Part shown: piece after piece, positions 16,952-28,316 of the stretch
Layout: every line of letters begins with the position of its first letter
Position numbering within the stretch: the stretch's first letter is position 1
Source: Macrostomum lignano
Lineage: Eukaryota
NCBI GenBank assembly: GCA_002269645.1
Contig: NIVC01001785.1
Coordinates: 124,001 to 188,000, forward strand
Direction of reading: 5' to 3'
DNA length: 64,000 bases
Translations under genes and position numbers: made by a program
Notes under the pieces: generated by a model
Seen by the model: the letters and a program-made list of their open reading frames with translations, nothing else
Database searches by the model: none
What the model was told of the DNA's origin: nothing

Positions 16952-17287
16952 TTTTCAAAAAAATTCAGAAAGTGTTACTGGGGTTTCTTTTTAGAAGTAT
17001 TCATCCAATAAAATTTAATTATCAGAAAATAGTCTATAAAACTACTGCCAGTAGCCCAAGCGCATGCATATGGATCATTTTTGTTAAATCGCGCTGTCGT
17101 GAAGAAGGAGTGACGAGTTTATTTATACACCAATTTTCTGTTGTCAATCAGTGTTGAGGCTCAGATACTTTCCAGGGTGCAAATTGCAAGATGCTTTACT
17201 GTGGATTCACTAATGTAGAATGTTATGATTTTAATGTAAATTTACCGAAAATTTTTCAAGTCTATTAATTCATCCACCAGTTTGATT

Positions 17288-18720
17288 GGCAATCCATTCT
17301 GTTCTTTCTGATGTAGGCTAGATTAGCAATCCATTCTGTTCTTTCTGATGTAGGCTAGATTAGCAATCCATTCTGTTCTTTCTGATGTAGGCTAGATTAG
17401 CAATCCATTCTGTTCTTTCTGATGTAGGCTAGATTAGCAATCCATTCTGTTCTTTCTGATGTAGGCTAGATTAGCAATCCATTCTGTTCTTTCTGATGTA
17501 GGCTAGATTAGCAATCCATTCTGTTCTTTCTGATGTAGGCTAGATTAGCAATCCATTCTATTCCTTTATTGATTTAGGCTAGATTAGCAATCCATTCTAT
17601 TCCTTTATTGATTTAGGCTAGATTAGCAATCCATTCTATTCCTTTATTGATGTAGGCTAGATTAGCAATCCATTCTATTCCTTCATTGATGTAGGCTAAA
17701 TTAGCAATCCATTCTATTCCTTTATTGATTTAGGCTAGATTAGCAATCCATTCTATTCCTTTATTGATGTAGGCTAGATTAGCAATCCATTCTATTCCTT
17801 CATTGATGTAGGCTAGATTAGCAATCCATTCTATTCCTTTATTGATTTAGGCTAGATTAGCAATCCATTCTATTCCTTTATTGATGTAGGCTAGATTAGC
17901 AATCCATTCTATTCCTTCATTGATGTAGGCTAGATTAGCAATCCATTCTATTCCTTTATTGATTTAGGCTAGATTAGCAATCCATTCTTTTCCTTCATTG
18001 ATGTAGGCTAGATTAGCAATCCATTCTGTTCCTTTATTGATTTAGGCTAGATTAGCAATCCATTCTGTTCCTTCTAATGTAGGCTAGATTAGCAATCCAT
18101 TCTATTCCTTCATTGATGTAGGCTAGATTAGCAATCCATTCTGTTCTTTCTGATGTAGGCTAGATTAGCAATCCATTCTATTCCTTTATTGATTTAGGCT
18201 AGATTAGCAATCCATTCTATTCCTTTATTGATGTAGGCTAGATTAGCAATCCATTCTATTCCTTCATTGATGTAGGCTAGATTAGCAATCCATTCTATTC
18301 CTTTATTGATTTAGGCTAGATTAGCAATCCATTCTATTCCTTTATTGATGTAGGCTAGATTAGCAATCCATTCTATTCCTTCATTGATGTAGGCTAGATT
18401 AGCAATCCATTCTATTCCTTTATTGATTTAGGCTAGATTAGCAATCCATTCTTTTCCTTCATTGATGTAGGCTAGATTAGCAATCCATTCTATTCCTTCA
18501 TTGATGCAGGCTAGATTAGCAATCCATTCTGTTCCTTCTAATGTAGGCTAGATTAGCAATCCATTCTATTCCTTCATTGATGCAGGCTAGATTAGCAATC
18601 CATTCTATTCCTTCATTGATGCAGGCTAGATTAGCAATCCATTCTATTCCTTCATTGATGCAGGCTAGATTAGCAATCCATTCTATTCCTTCATTGATGC
18701 AGGCTAGATTAGCAATCCAC
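17288..18720. repeat. 37/38-bp minisatellite
   Basis: Unit ttagcaatccattctgttctttctgatgtaggctaga, with zonal variants. Confidence 0.97.
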
Positions 18721-18892
18721 TATTCATTCATACAGTACATTCATTGTAGACTAGCAATCCATAATTCCATCTTCAGCTAACTGGCTATCAGAATCAATAT
18801 TTCCCAGCTTTAAGCGTGCATGAAATGCTAGCAAATCATTAAAATTCAAAGGCTTCAGCATCAGCCGTGCCCTCCGCTCCCCGATTTTGCAG

Positions 18893-18943
18893 AGGCCGGC
18901 AGCGGGCAGCGCCGCCAGTGCAACGCCATCAGCCGCATCCTAG
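18893..18943 (+). CDS. GRK5/6: GRK candidate last exon B (RPAAGSAASATPSAAS*)
   Basis: Acceptor ...ccgattttgcag| in phase 0. It is a GC-rich island followed by AT-rich UTR-like sequence. There is no homology support. Confidence 0.35.
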   Translation, partial: RPAAGSAASATPSAAS

Positions 18944-19766
18944 CAGCGCGAACAAGTCTGAATTGTTTTGTTAAATCTTTATTTGCCAGATCTTTAGCTC
19001 GTTCCCGGCTACTCTCTGGAATCCGGAACTCTCTTGGTCTCCCACAGCTAGTTACAAAATGCCAATGTCGCAATGAACTTGCTTGTTCAACAATAACTAT
19101 TTATCACAGGTTATTTGCATGCGCAGATTTTCAGCTGTGTACCGAAATGATTATCTATTATTAAGCGAAATCTTTTTTTCTGAAGAGCTTCTTTGTGTGT
19201 TTTATATTTTCAAGGAGATTCAAAATCCGTATTATACTACTTGGATAGTGTTTGTACAAGTAGTCACATAGGAAGATAGATAGCAGTAATTTTTAGTATC
19301 TCTATATATATTAATGCATAACTAGCATGTCCCTGTTTTCCTTCATATTTTATTATTTGCATTGAATGACCGACTGTCTGTTTATAATAATTATGAGCAG
19401 TGATCAGTGAGTTAATTATGATAATTATTGTTATTACAGCCATGCAATCTCCTGCGCCTTCATAATCGTAATTGAAATGCACACTAAATTATTTAAACAA
19501 TTATTTTCACCTGGATTCGATGTACATAATTCGCAATCTCGGTGTGTCCCCTAGTTTATGAGCATCAATAATATTTATTGAGTATCTGATTATAATATTA
19601 TAAGGTCTACAATTGTGTTTGTTAAATATTGGTTTGTTGTGACGCCAATTGCTTGCTTTGGTTTTCTGTGTTGCTGCACTCATCACTCAGCAAGAAAGGA
19701 ATCAGTACAGTTGGCTGCCCTTCTAATGGATAAGTATTGAAATGGGGACCCAGAAGCCTGCTTTAC

Positions 19767-19794
19767 TCTGTCTGTCTGTCTATCTGTTTGTCTA

Positions 19795-19893
<99 letters not shown>

Positions 19894-19918
19894 TTCTTTC
19901 TGTCTATCTGTCTGTCTA

Positions 19919-19968
<50 letters not shown>

Positions 19969-20070
19969 GGTCTGTCTGTCTGTCTGTCTGTCTGTCTGCC
20001 TGTCTGTCTGTCTATCTGTCTGTCTGTCTGTCTGTCTGTCTGCCTGTCTGTCTGTCTATCTGTCTGTCTA

Positions 20071-20110
<40 letters not shown>
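19767..20110. repeat. (TCTG)n microsatellite
   Basis: Read directly from the sequence. Confidence 0.98.
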
Positions 20111-20111
<1 letters not shown>

Positions 20112-21024
20112 TTCTTCTCATTCTCGGGCATCCATTCTCAGCTGATCTGTTTAGCCTTAGTCTTCGATAAAATGAAAGCCCTCCAGAATTACCATGGTCT
20201 CTCCAGGCCCAGCTCAACCAAGTCTTTATTGAGTTCAAAAGCAAGATTCACAGTATTATTGATAAAAATGAAAGAAGAAACTTGTTATACCTATTCATAT
20301 ATATATATACTACTCCGAAGTAGTACAAAGGCTACTTAAGTATTAAAAGCAGCTTGTCTCGCATGCCCCAGCTTCTCCACTGCCTACTCCAAGAAATAAA
20401 AAAAATGTTTTTGTTATTGCTGTTGTTGCTATTGTTGCTTTTATTTATCGGATTTAATGCTCGAAGGATATGATTTTATATGCAAATATATATTTACTGT
20501 GCACTCTGTGTGTATCTGGCTGGCGTATAATTCTAATATGCATATTATATATTAATGTTTGTGCTTCGGCTTATTCTCTCTGTTATTTGACAGAATGTAC
20601 TTTTATTGTCTTGCAAATTTGACACCTGCTTAACACCGATTACTATATTATATTATATACTTTACATAGCTACTCTCAGAGCACTTGCTGGAATTCTATT
20701 AAATATACTTTGAGTAGATCTAATAATCTACTTTTTATGCAGTTCGTGTCAGATGTATTATTGAACTACGATTGTTAGTATTAGTAATAGAAACACCTGT
20801 GACGAACCACGTTCGGCTCAAACTGTTTGTTAATTATTTTATCCAGTGCTGAACAGCTGGGTAGTTGTCTAACAGATGGGTGTATATCTAACAGAAAGTT
20901 GTCTAACAGATAGGTGTATTTCTAACTGATAGATGTCTAACAGATGGGTGTATATCTAACTGATAGGTGTCTAACAGATAGACGTATATCTAACAGTTAA
21001 TGTCTAAGTCTAACAGATAGACAA

Positions 21025-22745
21025 ACTAATCATCAAATTAGAGTGGATAATCATCAGACGAGCGGATAATCATCAAATTGGGGTGGATAACCATCAGATT
21101 GGAGTGGATAATCATCAGACTAGAGTGGATAATCATCAAATTGGAGTGGATAATCATCAAATTAGAGTGGATAATCATCAGACGAGCGGATAATCATCAA
21201 ATTGGGGTGGATAACCATCAGATTGGAGTGGATAATCATCAGACTAGAGTGGATAATCATCAAATTGGAGTGGATAATCATCAAATTGGAGTGGATAATC
21301 GTCAGAATGGAGTGAATAATCATCAAATTGGAGTGGATAATCATCAGATTGGAGTGGATAATCATCAGATTGGAGTGGATAATCATCAAAATGGAGTGAA
21401 TAATCATCAGATTGGAGTGGATAATCATCAGATTGGAGTGGATAATCATCAGATTGGAGTGGATAATCATCAAATTGGAGTGAATAATAATCAGATTGGA
21501 GTGGATAATCATCAGATTGGAGTGGATAATCATCAGACTGGAGTGGATAATCATCAGATTGAAGTGGATAATCATCAGATTGGAGTGGATAATCATCAGA
21601 CTAGAGTAGATAATCATCAAATTGGAGTGGATAATCATCATACTGAAGTGGATAATCATCAGATTGGAGTGGATAATCATCAGACTAGAGTGGATAATCA
21701 TCAAATTGGAGTGGATAATCATCAAATTGGAGTGGATAATCGTCAAAATGGAGTGGATAATCATCAAATTGGAGTGGATAATCATCAGATTGGAGTGGAT
21801 AATCATCAGATTGGAGTGGATAATCATCAGACTGGAGTGGATAATCATCAGATTGGAGTGGATAATCATCAGACTAGAGTGGATAATCATCAAATTGGAG
21901 TGGATAATCATCAAATTGGAGTGGATAATCATCAGACTGGAGTGGATAATCATCAGACTAGAGTGGATAATCATCAAATTGGAGTGGATAATCATCAAAT
22001 TGGAGTGGATAATCGTCAGAATGGAGTGGATAATCATCAGATTGGAGTGGATAATCATCAGATTGGAGTGGATAATCATCAGATTGGAGTGGATAATCAT
22101 CAGACTGGAGTGGATAATCATCAGATTGGAGTGGATAATCATCAGATTGGAGTGGATAATCATCAGACTAGAGTAGATAATCATCAAATTGGAGTGGATA
22201 ATCATCAGACTGGAGTGGATAATCATCAGACTAGAGTGGATAATCATCACATTGGAGTGGATAATCATCAAATTGGAGTGGATAATCATCAGATTGGAGT
22301 GGATAATCATCAAATTGGAGTGAATAATCATCAGATTGGAGTGGATAATCATCAGATTGGAGTGGATAATCATCAGACTGGAGTGGATAATCATCAGATT
22401 GAAGTGGATAATCATCAGATTGGAGTGGATAATCATCAGACTAGAGTAGATAATCATCAAATTGGAGTGGATAATCATCAGACTGAAGTGGATAATCATC
22501 AGATTGGAGTGGATAATCATCAGACTGGAGTGGATAATCATAAAATTGGAGTGGATAATCATCAAATTGGAGTGGATAATCATCAAATTGGAGTGGATAA
22601 TCATCAGACTGGAGTGGATAATCATCAGATTGGAGTGGATAATCATCAGAGTGGAGTGGATAATCATCAGACTAGAGTGGATAATCATCAGAATGGAGTG
22701 GATAATCATCAGACTGGAGTGGATAATCATCAGATTAGAGCAGAT
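21025..22745. repeat. 21-bp minisatellite
   Basis: Unit ggagtggataatcatcagatt. Confidence 0.97.
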
Positions 22746-23427
22746 AATAACAGCTTCTTGGTTGAATACAACAAGCCAAGTCCGCCCAATGGGAGTAGAA
22801 GACATTGGTAATTGAGGTGAAAAATGTTCCACAATCACGACATTCGAGTCAGATGTTATGAGATAGTAGAATTAAGTTAGCAAAGATCTACAATAAGATG
22901 CCAGGCAGATGCCTGCAGTGACAGCTGTTAGATGCCAGGTGCATTACTGCTCAAATCTTTCTAAGGTTGTCATCAAGTGCACCTGAGAGTTCCGAACCAG
23001 TTTTGTACAGAATTTCGCTCTTGAGCTAATTGCTCTCAAACATCTGCTTTGGGCATCTGCTACAACTTTTGTCCTCGTATATATATTCCCACAGAGCAGG
23101 TGAGAAAGCCGCGCCTCGCTATAAAATCTCCCTTATTACGATAAAGCCGGGAGTTAAAAAGCACTCAGAAATCCCAGGTGAGGATGCTGAATGCATTCCA
23201 ATTGCTACTTTGCGACATCGTCGGTACGCACGAAATCCCCCACAGTTTCTCACGCAAACCGCGAGCAGCTCCGCTGGCAGAGCAGAGCGACAGCGAGGAT
23301 GGGAGCAGGAAGTGAAATCCCTGTTGTGTCTTTGCTGGACTCTACAGTCTTGAGAATCCTCCTCAGAATTGATAGCATTTGTATATTGCTTTTTTTCAAT
23401 TTTAAAATGAATTTAATATCTATACAT

Positions 23428-23960
23428 AAGTTGAAATTCCCCACTCAAGGTCTCTATAGGATTGGGATTCCCCACTCAAGGTCTCTGTATGGAATTGGGA
23501 TTCTCCACTCAAGGTCTCTGTATGGAATTTGGATTCTCCACTCAAGGTCTCTGTATGGAATTGGGATTCCCCACTAAATATCTCTGTATGGAATGGGGAA
23601 TCCCTACTTAAAGTCTCTGTATGGAATTGGGATTCCCCACTCAATGTCTCTATAGTATTGGGATTCTCCACTCAAGGTCTCTATAGGATTGGGATTCCCC
23701 ACTCAAGGTCTCTGTATGGAATTGGGATTCCCCACTAAAGATCTCTGTATGGAATGGGGAATCCCTACTTAAAGTCTCTGTATGGAATTGGGATTCCCCA
23801 CTCAATGTCTCTATAGTATTGGGATTCTCCACTCAAGGTCTCTATAAGGATTGGGATTCCCCACTCAAGGTCACTGTATCGGATTGGAATTCCATACTCT
23901 CTATAGGTCTCTATATAAGGTTAGGATTCCCGCTTAAGATCTTCTAGGATTAGGATTTAC
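23428..23960. repeat. 33-bp minisatellite
   Basis: Unit gggattccccactcaaggtctctgtatggaatt, with a block duplication. Confidence 0.93.
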
Positions 23961-24197
23961 CACTCAAGGTCTCAACATAAGGTTTGGGTTCCGAAGAAGG
24001 CATTTCCTCTAATTCCAAATCAAATTCACTTTTAACGGAAGCAAACGAATCTACTGCAGGCGTGCTAATAATGATAAGATTGTATTACAGTTTTACTACA
24101 CCGAAGCACATGAGCAATATGAAGTGTAACTAGTTCTACAATAAGTACGGTTATATAACAATATTATTCGCTACACGTAAATGTTTCTGTTCATAGC

Positions 24198-24337
24198 CTA
24201 GTCAATGATGAGGCTGCTGCGGCACAGTCTCTCGATGCCTGGCTGGAGAGGCGACTGGGCGGTGGCGGTGGCCGGCGAAGTCAACGAGTCGTGGCTGTCG
24301 TGCAGACTGGGTGCCTGCATGAAAATCCCGAAGGCGC
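24198..24337 (-). CDS. nAChR alpha subunit last exon
   Basis: Phase-1 acceptor cgcccgcag|, then GAFGIFMQAPSLHD (an invertebrate-type xQAPxLYD post-TM4 motif) to TAG. Confidence 0.85.
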
Positions 24338-24464
24338 CTGCGGGCGAGGGAGGGGGCAGAGCGCAGACATTGACCCTGAAAGAAGCATATGTGACCTTGA
24401 AGGCGTGACCTTGAGAATAAGACATTAAAAAAAGTGTGACATTGAGGTACGCTAATTTGGCGTA

Positions 24465-24932
24465 TGACCTTCAGAGTGGAAACTTGACTTTGACCCTGAA
24501 AATTTGACCTTGAGACTTTAACCCTGAAAAGTTGACCTTGAGACTTTGACCTTGAAAAGTTTACCTTTAGAATTTAACCTTGAAAAGTTGACCTTGAGAC
24601 TTTGACCTTGAAAGTTGACTTTGAGACTTTGACCTTGAAAATTTGATCTTGAGACTTTGACCTTGAAAAGTTGACCTTGAGACTTTGACCTTGAAAGTTG
24701 ACTTTGAGACTTTGACCTTGAAAATTTGATCTTGAGACTTTGACCTTGAAAGTTGACCTTGAGACTTTTACCTTGAAAGTTGGCCTTGAGACTTTGACCT
24801 TGAAAATTTGATCTTGAGACTTTGACCTTGAAAAGTTGACCTTGAGACTTTGACCTTGAAAAGTTGACCTTGAGACTTTGACCTTGAAAAGTTCACTCTG
24901 AGACTTTGACCTTGAAAACTTAACCTTGAGAT
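24465..24932. repeat. ~14/28-bp minisatellite (last nAChR intron)
   Basis: Unit ttgaccttgagactttgaccttgaaaag. Confidence 0.93.
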
Positions 24933-25223
24933 TGACACACGACTTTTAGAATAAATAATGCATATATCTACATGGCAACCCCGAGGGTTAAAAGTGCAAT
25001 AAAATTCCAAAAATTCCACAAGACAGTAAGACAAAAGACCAGAAACTCGCTTTCGCATAATACTACCGTTCCAGTCGATGCTTTCATTAGCAATAATTCG
25101 CTCAAACGATTCTCAAGTAGCTGCTTTGCGTGGCTCAGAATGAAAGATTTTTATCTAGACCCATTGAGGCGGCGGAGAACTCCTGCTACTTCTAAAAGCG
25201 GCTCTCCCTACCAACTAGCTCAC

Positions 25224-25302
25224 CAATTGCTGCAGCCAGACTGAAGAGCCACAGAAACAGGCGGTCCAGTACGAAAGCCACGAACTCCCACTCTTCGCGC
25301 AC
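25224..25302 (-). CDS. nAChR alpha subunit exon (TM4)
   Basis: VREEWEFVAFVLDRLFLWLFSLAAAI-g|gtgag. It is absent from the ORF track and was read by hand. Confidence 0.92.
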
Positions 25303-25489
25303 CTGAGGGATAGCAGAATTATGGGGATTCGAATGGTTCGCAATAGGCTTTAGAACAAGGAATTTTCAATGTCTGTCATTGAGTCGCGAGTGTTTCCCGA
25401 ATCCCCATGACGGGAGGTGTGATTTGTAATCTAAAATCCCTACGATAAGAGTTAGGACTTGTTATCTACTAGTAAAATACCAATGATAT

Positions 25490-25870
25490 GATTTGGGATT
25501 CATTATCTAAAGTCCCCATGACGAGTTTTGGGATTCATTATCTAAAGTCCCCATGACGAGTTTTGGGATTCATTATCTAAAATCCCCATGACGGGATTGG
25601 GATTCATATTCTAAAATATCCATGACGGGATTTGGGATCCATTATCTAAAATCCTCATAATGGGATTTGTGATTCAGCATCTAAATTCCCCCTGACGGGA
25701 TCTGGGATTCATTATCTAAAGTCCCCATGATGGGATTTGTGATTCAGTATCTAAATTCCCCCTGACGGGATCTGGGATTCATTATCTAAAGTCCCCATGA
25801 TGGAAGTTGGGATTTATTATCTAGACTCCCTATGACGGGATTTGGGATTCAGATGGGATTCAGAATCCCA
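25490..25870. repeat. 35-bp minisatellite
   Basis: Unit gggattcattatctaaagtccccatgacgagtttt, diverged. Confidence 0.9.
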
Positions 25871-25882
25871 CTGCCTGCTCAC

Positions 25883-26128
25883 GGTTTTATTCTTGTCGGC
25901 CTGTCGCAGGTGGTCGGCGATGCTCCTCACATCGTCCAGAGCGAAGGCCAGATGGTCGCGGCAGGACGTGGCCGCAGTCGCCGAGGACTTGCCGCCGGTT
26001 GTCGCTGCCAGCAGCTCGGAGGCCTGGCGGGAGGGGTAAAGGGCGTGGCGCGGGAGGCTCTTTGAGCGCGGTATGCCCGCCTTGGCAATTTGATAGCGCT
26101 GTGCAGAACTCAATAGGGATGAGGGAGT
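25883..26128 (-). CDS. nAChR alpha subunit exon (intracellular loop and MA helix)
   Basis: ...LAFALDDVRSIADHLRQADKNKT|gtgagc, with acceptor tctgtcttgcag|. Confidence 0.8.
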
Positions 26129-26254
26129 CTGCAAGACAGAAGGCGAGCAGAGGGAAGTTGAGAAATCTCTATTATAAGAATTGATTCTAAAGTATATAGG
26201 CACCAGATGGGGAAAAACAATGGAGACTGGGGTTGGTGGGGAGGGGAGAATGAT

Positions 26255-27038
26255 CAGAAAAGAATGCAGGGAGGGGAGAATGCATGGAGGGGAGAATGCA
26301 TGGAGGGGAGAATGTAGGAGGAGAATGTAGGGAGGGGAGAATGCAGGGAGAGGGGAGAATGTAGGGAGGGGAGAATGTAGGGAGAGGAGAATGTAGGGAG
26401 GGGAGAATGTAGGGAGGGGAGAATGTAGGGAGGGGAGAATGTAGGGAGGGGAGAATGCAGGGAGGGGAGAATGTAGGGAGAGGGGAGAATGTAGGGAGGG
26501 GAGAATGTAGGGAGGGGAGAATGTAGGGAGGGGAGAATGCAGGGAGGGGAGAATGCAGGGAGAGGGGAGAATGTAGGGAGGGGAGAATGTAGGGAGGGGA
26601 GAATGTAGGGAGGGGAGAATGTAGGGAGGGGAGAATGTAGGGAGGGGAGAATGTAGGGAGGGGAGAATGTAGGGAGGGGAGAATGTAGGGAGGGGAGAAT
26701 GTAGGGAGGGGAGAATATAGGGAGGGGAGAATGTAGGGAGGGGAGAATGTAGGGAGGGGAGAATGTAGGGAGGGGAGAATGTAGGGAGGGGGGAATGCAG
26801 GGAGGGGAGAATGTAGGGAGGGGAGAATGTAGAAAGGGGAGAATGTAGGGAGGCGAGAATGCAGGGAGGGGAGAATGTAGGGAGGGGAGAATGCAGGGGG
26901 GGAGAATGTACGGAGGGGAGAATGTAGGGAGGCGAGAATGCAGGGAGTGGAGAATGCAGGGAGGGGAGAATGTAGGGAGGGGAGAATGTAGGGAGGGGAG
27001 AATGTAGGGAGGGGAGAATGCAGGGAGGGGAGAATGTA
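26255..27038. repeat. 16-bp G-rich minisatellite
   Basis: Unit gggaggggagaatgta. Confidence 0.97.
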
Positions 27039-27537
27039 CGCAGGATAAGCAGTGAAGAAGGCGGATTGTTAGCCTCCTCAGGTCCATCGGTGCGCCCCAG
27101 TTTCAGCGGGCTGGATATTTTCATTTGCCATATGTTATCTCAATTGAAAAGGCTAACAGAGAGCGGCAGACCCCCGGGGCGCTCTCTGATTGATTGGCTC
27201 CAGCCATCAGCCGGCCGCCGCAATGAATAATTACTGGGGGTTCTCCGTCTCCAAGCTGAATGAAAATTTGAAATTGGTTCAGTCGATAATAAATTCCCAA
27301 CAGCTCCTGCCCGCCAGCCGGCCCGAGAGACTGGCGGGGTGAGATCCGATGGGATTTGGGTGGGGAAAGTTGCTCGGGAAAATAGTAAATAGATTCTTTT
27401 TCCCCGGCTTGCACCCGGGTGTAATTTCAAACGGATAGGGAGTGGCAGACTCGTGGGAGGAATGGGGAACTGGGGACGCCAGGATGCGAGCTGATGAAGG
27501 GCTCACTACTGCCTCTTGCTCCTGTTTCTGTTGATTT

Positions 27538-28316
27538 TTCGCTGTTGTTGTTGTTGTTGTTGTGTTGTTGTTTTTGTTGTTATTGTTGTTGTTATTGTTG
27601 TTGTGTTGTTGTTGCTGTTGTTGTGTTGTTGTTGTTGTTATTATTATTGTTGTTGTTGTTATTGTTGTTGCTGTTGTTGCTGTTGTGTTGTTGTTGTGTT
27701 GCAGTTGTGTTGTTGTTGTGTTGTTGTTGTGTTGCTGTTGTGTTGTTGTCGTGTTGCTGTTGTGTTGTTGTTGTGTTGCTGTTCTTGTATTGCTTCTGTG
27801 TTGCTGTTGTGTTGCTTTTGTGTTGCTTTTGTGTTGCTGTTGTGTTGCTGTTGTGTTGCTGTTGTGTTGCTTCTGTTGTTGTTGTTGCTGTTGCTGTTGT
27901 GTTGTTGTTGTGTTGTTGTTGTATTGCTGTTGTGTTGTTGTTGTGTTGCTGTTGTTGTATTGCTTCTGTGTTGCTGTTGTGTTGCTTCTGTTGTTGTTGT
28001 TGCTGTTGTGTTGCTTTTGTGTTGCTGTTGTGTTGCTGTTGTGTTGCTTCTGTTGTTGTTGTTGCTTTTGTGTTGCTGTTGTGTTGCTTCTGTTGTATTG
28101 CTTCTGTGTTGCTGTTGTTGTTGCTGCTGTTGTGTTGTTGTTGTGTTGCTGTTGTGTTGTTGTTGTGTTGTTGTTGTATTGCTGTTGTGTTGTTGTTGTG
28201 TTGCTGTTGTTGTATTGCTTCTGTGTTGCTGTTGTGTTGCTTCTGTTGTATTGCTTCTGTGTTGCTGTTGTTGTTGCTGCTGTTGTGTTGCTGTTTTGTT
28301 GCTTTTGTTGTTGTTG
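27538..28316. repeat. TGT/TGTTGTGTTGC low-complexity array, LINE 3' side
   Basis: Reads (CAA)n/CAACACAACAG on the minus strand. Confidence 0.95.

Noticed and set aside
21078-22838. 577-aa VDNHQIG-repeat ORF resembling a beta-solenoid protein
   Set aside because: It is a pure 21-bp tandem array with no unique N- or C-terminal domain, and it is open on both strands.
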